In this document: positions 48,501-59,405 of the stretch, piece after piece | Layout of the letters: every line of letters starts with the position of its first letter | Numbering within the stretch: position 1 is the first letter of the stretch | Source of the DNA: Candidatus Bathyarchaeota archaeon | Lineage (GTDB): Archaea > Thermoproteota > Bathyarchaeia > Bathyarchaeales > Bathycorpusculaceae | Length of the DNA: 64,000 nt | Direction of reading: 5' to 3' | Assembly: GCA_963828195.1 (NCBI GenBank) | Contig: CAWHDT010000005.1 | Coordinates: 416,001 to 480,000, forward strand | Made by a program: the position numbers and the translations under genes | Notes under the pieces: model-generated | What the model saw: the letters and a program-made list of their open reading frames with translations, nothing else | Told to the model about the DNA's origin: nothing | Databases searched by the model: none

Positions 48501-49745
48501 CTAAACGAGGACGTGGACGTCGGGGAACTTGTTGATTGCAATGACGCCCCAGGCGTTAACTACTATTCCAAGGATGATGAGGACTTTATGGTACCATTTG
48601 AGTTTGGTGCCCATGCCTTTAACTGTGAGGACAAACAGGAACGGGTAGAAATCCATTGCGTAGCGGTAGCCGAAGCCCCATCCTGTAGCGGCATTCGTGA
48701 AGATGACAGCGGCTATCGAGAAAACTGCGGTCCAGCTCCACCACGTAACAGGGTCTTTTATCTTAGATTTTAACGCAAAAATGAACGCGGGCGTTGTAAG
48801 CCATATTGCTATCCCCTCCATTGGAACTTGAATGTAAGGTGCGGTGGCTGTGAGCGATGGGAGCCCCAGAAGGAACGGGTGCAGATTGGCTGGTATATAC
48901 AAGAGGCTGAATCGTCCATGACTGAACCATGACTCGCTCATTAGGCCAGGAATCAGCCAGTAAGCGACATCAAAAATCGTGCCGAACCGAACATAATTGT
49001 AGATGAAGTCAGCTATCACAAAGACCCCAGCGCCCGCCGCCATTTTCGCAAGCGAAGGCAAAGATGACTTAAACTTGCCTGTCCAGTCAACGTTCTCTTG
49101 TTTAGAAATGGTTAATCCTGCAAAGAAAAAGATGCCCAGCATCGTTGGAAGCCTGCACCAATATGAACACCCAACAAGCAGACCTACAAGCAGCGGACGG
49201 TTCTTATTGAAAGCTTCGTAGAGTGCAAGAAACAGGAAGAAAGCAGAGATGACTTGAGCGATAAGCCAAACAGAACCTATGCTTGCCAAATACCAGAAAA
49301 GAGTGCTAAATCCAAAAAGCACTGCAAACCAAACATATGCGATATCAAATTTAGGCTGAGTTTCTTTCGGTTTTTTGCTGACATCCATGGCGACAAGGTA
49401 AGCAAGGGGCACGGTGGCTGCGGCAAAGAAGAACCCGAAGAGGGTTTGGTTAAAGTTTAAACCCCATATGGCAACAAAGGGAGCCATTAGAAAAGCGGGC
49501 AGCGGTGGGTAAACCACGTACCATCCCGGTCCATGAGGGTTAGGTATAAGCTCGTTCAGCCAACTGGGATTTGAAAGCAAATAGAGGCGTCCATGAAGAA
49601 AAGCGTCCGAAAGCCGCACATAATAGTTGTAATAGGTTGCGTATCCTTCACTTGTAGCCCAATAAACAACGAACGCAACTATGAACAAAGCAATAAGTAT
49701 CAGCGCTGTTTTGTTCAAGTTGAAAGGAAGCTTTCTGCTTTCCAT
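48501..49745 (-). CDS. multi-pass membrane protein, GT-C glycosyltransferase-like
   Basis: About 10 TMs; YPPLPA, YNYVRFG, FGYRYAMD. Confidence 0.75.
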   Translation of the reverse strand: MESRKLPFNLNKTALILIALFIVAFVVYWATSEGYATYYNYYVRLSDAFLHGRLYLLSNPSWLNELIPNPHGPGWYVVYPPLPAFLMAPFVAIWGLNFNQTLFGFFFAAATVPLAYLVAMDVSKKPKETQPKFDIAYVWFAVLFGFSTLFWYLASIGSVWLIAQVISAFFLFLALYEAFNKNRPLLVGLLVGCSYWCRLPTMLGIFFFAGLTISKQENVDWTGKFKSSLPSLAKMAAGAGVFVIADFIYNYVRFGTIFDVAYWLIPGLMSESWFSHGRFSLLYIPANLHPFLLGLPSLTATAPYIQVPMEGIAIWLTTPAFIFALKSKIKDPVTWWSWTAVFSIAAVIFTNAATGWGFGYRYAMDFYPFLFVLTVKGMGTKLKWYHKVLIILGIVVNAWGVIAINKFPDVHVLV

Positions 49746-49864
49746 ATACTTTCCAATTGCTACCTCGTAGCAAGCCATTTAAGAGTTTCCAAAAAACAAC
49801 GGAAAACACAGGGAACCGCAAAGAAAGAAGAAATCTTTTGCAGAGGCTGCTAAAGAAGGTGTTT

Positions 49865-50356
49865 TTAGGAAGCAGCTGTTTTAGGGCTCTGATGCTTTTT
49901 GCCCGACATGTAATCAATATCGATTCTGCCCATCGTTAGCGACGCGAGTTTTTCTGGCTTAATCTTAGAAAGCTTTGCCTCTGGATTAAATGCAACCTGC
50001 CGCACCAGAACTTCTATGGCATGTTGCTTCTCGCTTAAATCGTCAATTAGCATGATTTTACCCGAGAAATGAACTGATGTGTAAGCATAGTCACATTCGT
50101 CGGTTACCCCGAAATCCAGAACTGCTTGACCCCAAATCTTGCTGTTGGCTTTTAGGTAGACTAGTTTTTTGCCTTCAGGTGCACAGTGAAAGTAAAGGCA
50201 ATTCTTGGCTTCGTCGTAGCCATAGTTTAATGAGACAAGGTATGGCTCATTGTTCATGCAGAGGGCAACGGTAATGTACTTGGTGGTTTTTAGAATTTGC
50301 CTTAGCTCGTTTGGGTCAGTGATTTCTCGGTCTTTGCGTCTAACATGAAAAGACAT
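49865..50356 (-). CDS. pyridoxamine 5'-phosphate oxidase-like flavin-binding protein (NimA family)
   Basis: RRKDREI, PYLVSLNY, LYFHCAPEGKK, SGK. Confidence 0.88.
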   Translation of the reverse strand: MSFHVRRKDREITDPNELRQILKTTKYITVALCMNNEPYLVSLNYGYDEAKNCLYFHCAPEGKKLVYLKANSKIWGQAVLDFGVTDECDYAYTSVHFSGKIMLIDDLSEKQHAIEVLVRQVAFNPEAKLSKIKPEKLASLTMGRIDIDYMSGKKHQSPKTAAS

Positions 50357-50520
50357 GCTTACAAGTAAGCAACCAAAACAATATTAACTTTTTATCTTTA
50401 GAACCAACCCAAAAAGCTGAAGCTCCAGCGTAAACCAAGTTAACGCTCAGCAACGCTTAATATTCAAATAAAAGAGTTATATGTAATAATTTGGGCATTA
50501 ATCTGAGGATGTGAGGTTGT

Positions 50521-51792
50521 ATGGTGGAATCATTTGATGTTGATAAAACTGTCCTCGAAATGATTTTAGAGGATGATGTGGCTAAAAAAAGATCAATAGC
50601 TAAAAAGGTTTTAGAAGCTGCCTCTGCGCGGGGGACTTATCCTGCAAGTATTTATGATTTTTATATGGCTCGTGGAAGAGGAGAATTCTCGGGTTTCACG
50701 GTTCCCGCCATAAACTTGCGGAGCATGACTTATGATTTGGCTCGTGCAATATTCCGTGTGGCGGAAAAAAATGATTCTGGCGCCTTTATTTTTGAGATTG
50801 CCCGCTCAGAGATAGGTTACACTAATCAGCCGCCTGTTGAATTTGCAAGCATGGTTTTGGCAGCTGCAGTAAAAGAGAACTATTCTGGCCCAGTCTTTAT
50901 TCAAGGAGACCACTTTCAAGCCAACCCAGCAAAGTACAAAGAAAATCCGACTAAGGAAATTGAAAGCTTACAAGCTTTGATCAGCGACGCCGTAAATTCG
51001 GGTTTTTTCAACATCGACATTGATTCATCAACCCTTGTCGATTTAACTAAGCCAACCTTCAAAGAACAACAGCTTCTCAACTACGAAGTCTGCGCCAAGC
51101 TCACGCAGTTTATCCGCAATGTTGAGCCAAAGGGAACCACGATTTCGGTCGGCGGAGAAATCGGCGAAATCGGGCATCAAAATTCAACTCCTGAAGACCT
51201 GCATGTCTTTATGGATGGGCTTAAAGAGAAGTTGCCGAAGGGTTTAGTTGGGATTAGCAAGATTTCTGTTCAGACGGGAACCACTCACGGCGGCATAGTC
51301 CTTCCAGACGGGTCAATCGCGCAAATCAGCTTGGACTTCGACACACTAAAAACGCTGTCCCACGTTGCCCGAAGCAAATATGGGTTGGCGGGGGCGGTTC
51401 AGCATGGAGCGTCAACGTTGCCTCCCCAAGACTTCCACAAGTTCGTCGAATGCGAAACCGCAGAGGTACACTTAGCCACTGAATTCCAAAACATGATCTA
51501 CGAATCAAAACATTTCCCAGTTGACCTGAAGAAGAAAATTTATGCGTGGCTAAAAGTCCACGCGGCAAACGAGGCGAAACCGGGCGAAACTGAAGATCAA
51601 TTCATATATAAAACCCGCAAAAAAGGTTTAGGTCCCTTCAAGAAAGAAATCATTAGGCTGCCGCAGGAGACGCGCGATGCAATTGCAGCTGAAATTGAGG
51701 CAAAGTTTGATTTCCTCTTTAAACAACTAAATGTTGTAAACAAGAGAAATCTGCTGAATAAATACGTACAAGCCTCAGCTGCTCCATCATGA
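50521..51792 (+). CDS. fba: class II fructose-bisphosphate aldolase family
   Basis: VPAIN, QGDH, GEIGEIG, GTTHGG, VQHGAS. Confidence 0.88.
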   Translation: MVESFDVDKTVLEMILEDDVAKKRSIAKKVLEAASARGTYPASIYDFYMARGRGEFSGFTVPAINLRSMTYDLARAIFRVAEKNDSGAFIFEIARSEIGYTNQPPVEFASMVLAAAVKENYSGPVFIQGDHFQANPAKYKENPTKEIESLQALISDAVNSGFFNIDIDSSTLVDLTKPTFKEQQLLNYEVCAKLTQFIRNVEPKGTTISVGGEIGEIGHQNSTPEDLHVFMDGLKEKLPKGLVGISKISVQTGTTHGGIVLPDGSIAQISLDFDTLKTLSHVARSKYGLAGAVQHGASTLPPQDFHKFVECETAEVHLATEFQNMIYESKHFPVDLKKKIYAWLKVHAANEAKPGETEDQFIYKTRKKGLGPFKKEIIRLPQETRDAIAAEIEAKFDFLFKQLNVVNKRNLLNKYVQASAAPS

Positions 51793-51890
51793 TTCGACGG
51801 GCACTCGACAGCAAACCTTTTTTTTAAGAAATCTTCTGAGTTATGGAAAGTCAGTTCAATGGCAATAAAGAAAAAGAAAGTTAGGAAAGT

Positions 51891-51977
51891 TTATTCTTCT
51901 TCGTCTTCGCAGTCTTCACAGTCGCAGTCTTCTTCGCAATCCTCTTCTTCTTCGCTAACAAATTTGTACATTACCAT
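51891..51977 (-). CDS. 28-aa acidic Cys-rich peptide
   Basis: MVMYKFVSEEEEDCEEDCDCEDCEDEEE*; TTATAT box ~35 nt upstream, T-rich tract downstream. Confidence 0.5.
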   Translation of the reverse strand: MVMYKFVSEEEEDCEEDCDCEDCEDEEE

Positions 51978-52120
51978 CTTAAAAACCAAAATAGGTTAAC
52001 AAAGGCGACATATAAGTCTTTACAACATAGGCGAATTTTTACCCCTAAACAGCCTTCTTCTGAAAACGTGCTGCCGCTTTGCCTATATCGTTAAGTAGAC
52101 GTCTAACTTATTTTATTTTT

Positions 52121-53719
52121 ATGTCAAAAGCTGGTTCTCCAAAGATAACTTACGTAACTTTGTCCACTGATGAGAGCATTCACCCCAAATATGAGGCTGC
52201 TCTTAAAAAATTTGAGAAGGCACTTGGGCAGCATTACCCAGTGTACATCGGGGAAAAAGAAGTTTGGTCACAAGAGGGAGAGTTCGAGCACCATAGCCCC
52301 TTTGACACATCAATAACAGTTGGTTTCTTCCAAGTCGGCACTTCAGCCCACGCCAAACTTGCTATAGCGGCAGCCAAAGAAGCGTTCCCATTGTGGAGTG
52401 AAAAAAGCTGGCGGGAAAGAATCAGCATCATGAACAGAGCCGCTGATCTTATTGACGAACGAAAGTTTGACATTGCAGCAGTCGTCACCTATGAAGTCGG
52501 GAAGAACCGACTCGAAGCCTTAGCTGAGTGCTGGGAAGCCATAGATGCCATAAAGTTTTACTCAAAAATCATGGAGAAAAACAATGGATACGTTGAAAAA
52601 ATGAGGCAGGGCGGCCCCGGCGAGGACTGCACGGTGGTTTCGAAACCCTTCGGCGTCTGGCCAGTGATTCCGCCTTTCAACTTTCCCTTCATGCTCGCAA
52701 ACGGAATGGCCCTCGGCGCTCTCCTCACCGGGAACACCATCATACTGAAGCCAACCAGCGAAGCCCCACTTACAGGCTTGTTACTGTACAAAGTTTTCAG
52801 GGATGCCGGAGTCCCAGCGGGAGCAATCAACTACGTTACGGGTCCAGGAAACAACTTCGGGAAGGAATTTGTTTCAAACAGGGATGTGGCAGGCATTGCC
52901 TTCACAGGCTCCAGAGACGTGGGGATGAACCTGTTCCACGAGTTCTTGACTCAGCAGCCGTACCCTAAGCCGATTGTGCTTGAGTTGGGAAGCAAGAACC
53001 CAGTGGTTGTGACCGCCTCAGCAAACCTCGATAAAGCTGTTGAAGGCACGGTCAGGTCGGCTTTTGGCTACGGGGGACAGAAGTGTAGCGCAACATCAAG
53101 GATCTACGTGCAGAGCACAATCCGAGACAAATTCCTGAAAACTCTCAAAGAACGCGTCGAAAAAATAGTTGTCGGTGATCCAAGAGAAAAAGACGTTTTC
53201 ATGGGACCTGTAATCAACGAAGTGGTGCTGAAAAAATTCATTGTGGCGAAGTCAGATGCAAGCAAAGCTGGTGGAGAGGTGATTGCGGGCGGGGAGGTGC
53301 TTAAGACGGGCAAATTCAGTAATGGATACTTCCTTTCGCCAACAATTATCGTTGGATTGCCACAGGCTAATCGGCTCTTTAGAGAAGAGCTGTTTATGCC
53401 GCTTGTCGTGATTGGTGAATTCAAAACCATGGCGGAAGCCGTCGCCAAAGTCAACGATACGGAGTTCGGATTGACCGCAGGCATCTTCTCAGAAAACCCA
53501 GAGGAAATACAAACTTTCATGAATCAAGTGCAGTTCGGCGTTCTCTACGCGAACCGAAGCGGCGGAGCAACTACGGGAGCTTGGCCAGGCGCTCAATCCT
53601 TCACAGGCTGGAACGCAAGCGGCGCAACAGGGCGAGGCATAGGAGGGGAACACTATCTCCTCAATTTTCTACGCGACCAATCCCAAACACTGGTTTCTGA
53701 TCAATCGCTGAAAAAATAG
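52121..53719 (+). CDS. aldehyde dehydrogenase (glutamate-semialdehyde/P5C dehydrogenase-like)
   Basis: PFNFP, FTGS, ELGSKNP, GQKCSA, EELF.P. Confidence 0.92.
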   Translation: MSKAGSPKITYVTLSTDESIHPKYEAALKKFEKALGQHYPVYIGEKEVWSQEGEFEHHSPFDTSITVGFFQVGTSAHAKLAIAAAKEAFPLWSEKSWRERISIMNRAADLIDERKFDIAAVVTYEVGKNRLEALAECWEAIDAIKFYSKIMEKNNGYVEKMRQGGPGEDCTVVSKPFGVWPVIPPFNFPFMLANGMALGALLTGNTIILKPTSEAPLTGLLLYKVFRDAGVPAGAINYVTGPGNNFGKEFVSNRDVAGIAFTGSRDVGMNLFHEFLTQQPYPKPIVLELGSKNPVVVTASANLDKAVEGTVRSAFGYGGQKCSATSRIYVQSTIRDKFLKTLKERVEKIVVGDPREKDVFMGPVINEVVLKKFIVAKSDASKAGGEVIAGGEVLKTGKFSNGYFLSPTIIVGLPQANRLFREELFMPLVVIGEFKTMAEAVAKVNDTEFGLTAGIFSENPEEIQTFMNQVQFGVLYANRSGGATTGAWPGAQSFTGWNASGATGRGIGGEHYLLNFLRDQSQTLVSDQSLKK

Positions 53720-54025
53720 AGGAAACAGGGCAAGTTTTTGCGAAGAATTTTAGCCTTAACTTCTATGTTGCGTTGACGTATTAGAGCTCAAGTGCCGCCC
53801 CGCATTTTGCCCAGTTCTGTTTATGAACGGGAACCGCTTGTTTCTTATTGTGCCCCAAAAAACGTTCTTTAGGGGAGAATCACAGAGAATGTAAGCTTAA
53901 AAAGAAAAATAAACCTGAATGAACAATAATAAGCATAAATAAACTGTTATGAACAATATTATACTAAAAGAAGCTCAGAAACGCTTTTATTTATCTGGGA
54001 ATTATGAAGTGTTCAGAAACTTGAG

Positions 54026-54853
54026 ATGATTAAAATGAAAACAACCATTGCAGCAATAATCTTAACCGCAATAGCGGTAATGGGCTTAAGCTTCGCGGGA
54101 GCATTCGCAAGTGTGACACCAACAGTCGCTTCACCGACACCAGCCTGCTCAGCTGTACCTCCAATATCCATAATTCCGATCCAAAGCAACTGGGTAAGAA
54201 TAGACGGCAACATAAACTCATTTGGATCCCAAGTGTATCCAGCAGTCAACGGCACCCTAACAGTAATGTCGGCGACCACAAGCAAAAACGGGGTTCCGTC
54301 AACCTGGGTTGACTCAGCGACTGCACTCTGGACTAACACAACCAACTATAGACAGGACGGCAACATCTCCTACAGCTACTATGCAGCTAGGCTTGTGAAA
54401 TCCAACTTCACCGCGACTAACTTCCAAGGAAACGACTTCTACCTCAACGGCACGTGGAGCGTCGCGAACATCACAATCACACGAACAGTAATCAAAGAAG
54501 ACGGTAGCACAAACATCCAATCCAACACCAACATTACGCCCCTTGAAGTCAGAGTGTACGGCGAACTGAACGTAACCGACTCATGGACTCAGTTCACGCT
54601 AAACATCACCGGAGTGCCTCTACTTGACGGCACAGTACAGCGATCAGTAGAGAGACAGGTGATGCTAAACAGATTCGACATAATCAACGGTGGAACAAGC
54701 ACAACAGTTACACGGGCAGACCTGACAACCATAGAAAACGCCTATGGAGCAGTACCCGGCAATGCGAACTATCAAGAAAGCATGGACTTCCACGGCACAT
54801 ATCAAATAGACATCTGTGACATATCAACTGTAGCAGCCAACGTACAACCCTAA
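54026..54853 (+). CDS. secreted protein with a C-terminal dockerin-like domain
   Basis: Signal peptide; DLTTIENAYGAVPG..NY...DFHGTYQIDICDI. Confidence 0.75.
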   Translation: MIKMKTTIAAIILTAIAVMGLSFAGAFASVTPTVASPTPACSAVPPISIIPIQSNWVRIDGNINSFGSQVYPAVNGTLTVMSATTSKNGVPSTWVDSATALWTNTTNYRQDGNISYSYYAARLVKSNFTATNFQGNDFYLNGTWSVANITITRTVIKEDGSTNIQSNTNITPLEVRVYGELNVTDSWTQFTLNITGVPLLDGTVQRSVERQVMLNRFDIINGGTSTTVTRADLTTIENAYGAVPGNANYQESMDFHGTYQIDICDISTVAANVQP

Positions 54854-54855
54854 AC

Positions 54856-54880
54856 TTTTACCCTTCTTTTTCTTTTTTCT
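54856..54880 (+). terminator. pyrimidine/oligo-T terminator
   Basis: CTTTTACCCTTCTTTTTCTTTTTTCT directly after the stop. Confidence 0.5.
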
Positions 54881-54959
54881 ACCATCTGAAACCAGCGTAG
54901 CTAGCATGAATGGCAAATTAATTTCATTCCAAGTTGCCTATGAGCCTTGGGTTCTCAAT

Positions 54960-55553
54960 TCATTTTAAAGATTTCACTGTTTTTAGCCAATCCAAAAAAT
55001 TTTCTCGTAGTTTCTGCAGGTTTTCCAGCACATGCACGTCTTCTGTTTTTTCCAGTTTTCTGACCTGCTCTGCCTCTTCTTTGCGTACCCTTAGTTTCAT
55101 TTCTTTGCCGTTGGGAAGTTTCGTATAAACTATGCTCTCCCTATAGTCTGTGGGTAGGATGTAGACGGGTTTGAAGGCTTTGAGGCTCATTATTGCGGCG
55201 TTTGTTAGCATGGTGTCGCTTATGCCGTTGACGATTTTCGCGACGGAGTTTGATGAGCACGGGGCGATGAGCAGGAACTCGTATTTTCCGCTTTGCATCC
55301 AAGCCGCAAGAAACGGTGAATTCGCGTTAACTTCAACCATTACCTTGCCAAAGCTCTTTTTCACATCTTCATCTAACCTGTAGAACTTGAGCATTGTGTC
55401 GGCGGCTTTGGATATGTAGACGTCAATGTCAACCACATCCTCAGACTGCTTCTTCAGTTCCTTCATAACCTCAACAATTTCAGCAATTTTGTCGCCGGCG
55501 CCCGTTATACCCCAGGCAACTTTAATTTTCTTAACTTTAACTTCTTCAGCCAA
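54960..55553 (-). CDS. afpA: archaeoflavoprotein AfpA
   Basis: AWGITGAGD, NANSPF, SNSVAKI..GISDT, ILPTD. Confidence 0.88.
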   Translation of the reverse strand: MAEEVKVKKIKVAWGITGAGDKIAEIVEVMKELKKQSEDVVDIDVYISKAADTMLKFYRLDEDVKKSFGKVMVEVNANSPFLAAWMQSGKYEFLLIAPCSSNSVAKIVNGISDTMLTNAAIMSLKAFKPVYILPTDYRESIVYTKLPNGKEMKLRVRKEEAEQVRKLEKTEDVHVLENLQKLRENFLDWLKTVKSLK

Positions 55554-55563
55554 CCATACTCAC

Positions 55564-56160
55564 CTATTTTTCTCCATATTTCTCAACATATTCAGCAAAC
55601 CGCTTCACGGTCTTCTTAAGGCTCCTGAAGCCTTCCTCATCCAACTTGACACCTTCCAACGTGTCCTTGCTCCAAAAAGTTGCCCCTAAATTTCCTCCAA
55701 AAAACCCGCCGCTCACAGGAATAGCGCCGTTAAGAATGTAGAATGTATGAATCTGCGTCAATGCAGCTTCTTGCCCGCCTGCTCGGTCGCCGCCGCAAGC
55801 GATGCCCATGCCGATTTTGCCCTTGAAAAAGTCTTTGTTACCGGCAACAGCAGCTCTGCAACGGTCCATTATTGCTTTTGTTTGTGCGCTGACACCGCCA
55901 TTGTAAACTGGTGTCGCAAAAATTATTCCTGTAGCGTCTTTTAGCAGTGCGTAGACTTCTTGCATGTCGTCTTTGTACACGCATTCCTTGTGTGTGAGGC
56001 AATAGTTGTTGTGTGTGCAAAAACTAATGCGTTTTCCCCTGATTGCCCAAAATCGAGTTTGAAACCCTTTTTCCTCCAGCATTCGCAGGGCTTCTTTCAA
56101 AACATAATCCGTAGCTTGCTCTCTTGGGCTCCCGCAAATTCCAACTATCATAATCGTCAA
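55564..56160 (-). CDS. iron-sulfur flavoprotein (Isf) / multimeric flavodoxin
   Basis: GSPR, KDDM, TPVY, GGQE. Confidence 0.9.
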   Translation of the reverse strand: MTIMIVGICGSPREQATDYVLKEALRMLEEKGFQTRFWAIRGKRISFCTHNNYCLTHKECVYKDDMQEVYALLKDATGIIFATPVYNGGVSAQTKAIMDRCRAAVAGNKDFFKGKIGMGIACGGDRAGGQEAALTQIHTFYILNGAIPVSGGFFGGNLGATFWSKDTLEGVKLDEEGFRSLKKTVKRFAEYVEKYGEK

Positions 56161-56215
56161 TGAAAGTTAACTGTTAATTTGCATTAAAGCATTACGCAAA
56201 CTGCCAATCTCCGGC

Positions 56216-57679
56216 TTACATGGTTGCGCGGAATCCCCTGAGCACTTCCCTGATAGATTGTGCAAGAGGATGCTTGACCTGTACGGGCTCGTTTAGTTTT
56301 TCTAGTCGGTTTACTCGCCAGTATATGGGCGGGTGCGCGTCTAATTTGAGCCATTCTTGGAAACGGTAACCCGGTATGCGTTCATATAGGAGGCGCCGGA
56401 AACCGATTTTTTCCAGTGCGTTCGCCAAGATTTTGGGTTGCCCCATCATTATGGCGGACGTTAGGTCAGCTCGGGCTTCAAAGAATTTAGCTATCAAGAA
56501 TATAAGCGTCATAACTGCGAAGAAGTAGACGAGGAACAGTAAAGAGAATAAGAAAGAGGAAAGTATCTCGGGGAATAGTGCGAGTAGGACGTAGAATCGA
56601 AATATGAATTCGGCGCTTAATAATCCAAAGAGAATGAGGGGATCTCTGCCTTTGAGGTGCCCGAATTCGTGCCCTAAGACGCTTACGACTTCGGGTTCAT
56701 CAAGCTGCACAAGCAGCCCAGTGGTTATAAGCACTATTCCCCGTTTAGGGCTTGGTCCAGAAGCGGCGGCGTTAGGAACCATAGTGTTTGAAATAACTAT
56801 TTTTGGCACCTTATAGCCGAAGCGGTCAGCCACCTTTTTCACCAGTTCGTAGACATTGATTTTTTTAGCTACCAAACTGCCTTGCCTGCAAGATACGTTG
56901 TATTTGTAGAAGACGCTTTCGGCTTCAGTGCAGTCGATTTGGCCGTTTTTAGCTATAATTTTGTCGTAGATTTCCTTTTTGAGTGCTAAGAGCTGTTCAG
57001 GCGGGATTTGTTGGTAGTCGTCAATGGTGCCAAGTGAACCGATTGGCGGCTGGTACTCTAAGAAGTGTATCGTGGGGTTGTCTTTAGTGATGACCCAGTC
57101 AGCCGATCTAGCTATAATTCTGCCCGAGTAGAAAAAGAACACGGATTGTGACGCGATTAGGATTATCGGTGCGATCCAGAAATACGGATGGTAATACTCG
57201 TAAAATACTATGAATAAGCCCAAGCCTAAAACTATGAATACGAAGATGAGGAGAACTTGAGTTTCCAAAAAGATGCGTTGGAAACTTTTTGGGCGAAGCG
57301 TAGCTTTTTCAGGAACGATTTTTTCTCCCTCCTGCCACGCGAAGAACCATGTGGCATTGCGGGCTTTTTCCTCAAACGTCCGCGTAGCAATAACCACGTC
57401 CTGTCGAGCCTCGGCTCTCGCATCTTCAGACACCTGCGGGTCCAGAGGCGTTATAGTCATGTTCACGGAGTCAATACCCACAACATCCACTTGTAAACTC
57501 TGCTTTCTATGTTCGTCTAGGATAACGTATGAGATGCGGTTGCTGTTCGGAGTTATTTCTTTGGTTAGGTTGGAGAACCGTTGTTGCTGAGGATCCAAAA
57601 AAAGCCAGTAAATGTAGTCAAATAGTTTTTCGTAGTAACTGGGCGGAACTTGAGTGTCAATCTTGTAAGAAACAGCCAA
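56216..57679 (-). CDS. M48 (HtpX-like) membrane zinc metalloprotease with N-terminal extension
   Basis: PNAAA, HEFGH, EARAD, HPP. Confidence 0.9.
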   Translation of the reverse strand: MAVSYKIDTQVPPSYYEKLFDYIYWLFLDPQQQRFSNLTKEITPNSNRISYVILDEHRKQSLQVDVVGIDSVNMTITPLDPQVSEDARAEARQDVVIATRTFEEKARNATWFFAWQEGEKIVPEKATLRPKSFQRIFLETQVLLIFVFIVLGLGLFIVFYEYYHPYFWIAPIILIASQSVFFFYSGRIIARSADWVITKDNPTIHFLEYQPPIGSLGTIDDYQQIPPEQLLALKKEIYDKIIAKNGQIDCTEAESVFYKYNVSCRQGSLVAKKINVYELVKKVADRFGYKVPKIVISNTMVPNAAASGPSPKRGIVLITTGLLVQLDEPEVVSVLGHEFGHLKGRDPLILFGLLSAEFIFRFYVLLALFPEILSSFLFSLLFLVYFFAVMTLIFLIAKFFEARADLTSAIMMGQPKILANALEKIGFRRLLYERIPGYRFQEWLKLDAHPPIYWRVNRLEKLNEPVQVKHPLAQSIREVLRGFRATM

Positions 57680-57819
57680 TGAATACCTTCTAAAAAATTA
57701 AAGCGCTTCAACTTAAAATATGCTCTGTTTAACCAAATAACCCCGTAAATATTGCGTTCAAAAGTACTCACTAACGCTAAACCTAAGTTGTTTATTCCTA
57801 AAAATAAAAGAAAAGATTT

Positions 57820-59031
57820 TTAGATGCTGGGATTTTCACCTGCATTTTGGTCGGTTTTTGAGCGCTTACCTGCATTTTTCGGAGCACTTTCAGTGGTATT
57901 GGAGCTCTCAATTAGGGATGCCGATTCTGAGATTGTGGAACTACCGGCTTGAGGGGCGTGGATTTGTGATCCGTCCTTCAAGATTTCACCTTTGAAACCA
58001 ATCTTTTCGTATCCCTTATGTCGATAATACAACATAGCAACAATCCAAGCAGTCAAAAACGTCCCAATCACCACGTAGCCAATCTGCCCGAAATCAAGCG
58101 CATTCAGAACAGCCCAAAAGCCAGTCGTGTAACCTAGTTCACTTCCAAACACCTGAAGCATTTCAATTCCTCCAATGACAAAGGCGACAAGCACCGAAAT
58201 CACTGTAATCGTCAAGTTATAGTAGACCTTCCTAATCGGTCTCAGAAATGCCCAGCTATAAGCAGACCGCATGACCACGCCGTCAGTTGAATCAACAGTA
58301 ACCATTCCAGCAGTGAATAAACAAGGCAGCACAATAATTGTCCACAGGGGGACTGTACCGGAAACACCGACAGTAGCAGCTATAAGAGCAACCTGCGTTG
58401 CAGTATCAAAACCTAAACCGAACAATATGCCTATAGGAAATATTTGCCAGGGTTCATTAATGAGTTTAAATAATCTGCCAGCAACCCTTCCTGTAACAGT
58501 TTTCTCGTTCAGATTTTTATTCATTTCCTCGTTAGAAATGGTACCTGCCTTGCATTGTTTAAATGTTTTATAGACGTCTCGTACGATAAACAAGTTAAGC
58601 AGCCCAATAATGAACAGGAACAAACCGCTAAGTCCAGTGCCCAATACGTTACCGCCTGACTCAAATCCAGGTACAGCACTTACTATTTCTTTAGCTGCAA
58701 CAACCAAACCCAGCGTGATCCCAATGACAATAACTGAGTGGCCCAAAGAAAACCACATACCAGTAGTTACAGGCCGTTTCCCCTGCTGAAGCAACTTCCG
58801 CGTAGTATTATCAATCGCAGCAATATGGTCAGCATCGACGGCATGCTGCAACCCCAAGATATAGGAATAGAGTGCAAGACTGCCGATCAAAATATATTTG
58901 AATCCTATCATAGTTGCGGAAATGAAACAGAACACAGTGAAAGCTGCAAGAGCGCCATAAAGGCTGGCTATCTTTATTTTCTCTCGTCTGGTATAACCTA
59001 ACCGATCTTCTTGTTCATTTTTATCTGCCAT
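57820..59031 (-). CDS. NiCoT (HoxN/NixA) nickel/cobalt transporter
   Basis: HAVDADHIAAID, FSLGHS, LFGLGFDTA. Confidence 0.95.
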   Translation of the reverse strand: MADKNEQEDRLGYTRREKIKIASLYGALAAFTVFCFISATMIGFKYILIGSLALYSYILGLQHAVDADHIAAIDNTTRKLLQQGKRPVTTGMWFSLGHSVIVIGITLGLVVAAKEIVSAVPGFESGGNVLGTGLSGLFLFIIGLLNLFIVRDVYKTFKQCKAGTISNEEMNKNLNEKTVTGRVAGRLFKLINEPWQIFPIGILFGLGFDTATQVALIAATVGVSGTVPLWTIIVLPCLFTAGMVTVDSTDGVVMRSAYSWAFLRPIRKVYYNLTITVISVLVAFVIGGIEMLQVFGSELGYTTGFWAVLNALDFGQIGYVVIGTFLTAWIVAMLYYRHKGYEKIGFKGEILKDGSQIHAPQAGSSTISESASLIESSNTTESAPKNAGKRSKTDQNAGENPSI

Positions 59032-59166
59032 TTTATACCAACCCTTTGCCCGTTAATGTTAAACCCAATCTACCGCATTGTTCTCGTAGTCTTTGATGTT
59101 CTTCTGCCGACACCCTGCCCATTCCCCTTTAACTTTGATGGATGGATTATCCTGCCCAGGAACATA

Positions 59167-59191
59167 TTAACTTTAGCTTAACTAAAGTTAA
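59167..59191. promoter_or_regulatory. perfect inverted repeat TTAACTTTAG-N5-CTAAAGTTAA
   Basis: 10-bp arms in the divergent NiCoT/csoR intergenic region. Confidence 0.6.
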
Positions 59192-59376
59192 GTGCAGGTT
59201 GAATTAAATTTTGGTTAAAAATTCGTTAACGTTGTTCAGAAGTATGCCTTTGATGATGATTTTCGCCGTCAGCCTTTTCATCGCTCATCACTCACCTTAC
59301 CCGTTACACAAAAAGTTTAGCAGAGACAAAAAAAGTTCATTCACATGCTCATAGTCAGAAATGTTTATGAAGAGCG

Positions 59377-59400
59377 TATCCCATCCCCCCTGAGGGGATA
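59377..59400. promoter_or_regulatory. CsoR/RcnR-type operator (TATCCC...GGGATA with C/G tracts)
   Basis: Lies immediately before the csoR-family ATG; G/C-tract palindromes are typical of this family. Confidence 0.7.
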
Positions 59401-59405
59401 GGTTT

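Noticed and set aside
59032-59165. Cobalamin or NiCo riboswitch in the NiCoT leader
   Set aside because: No B12-box or four-way-junction consensus could be recognised.
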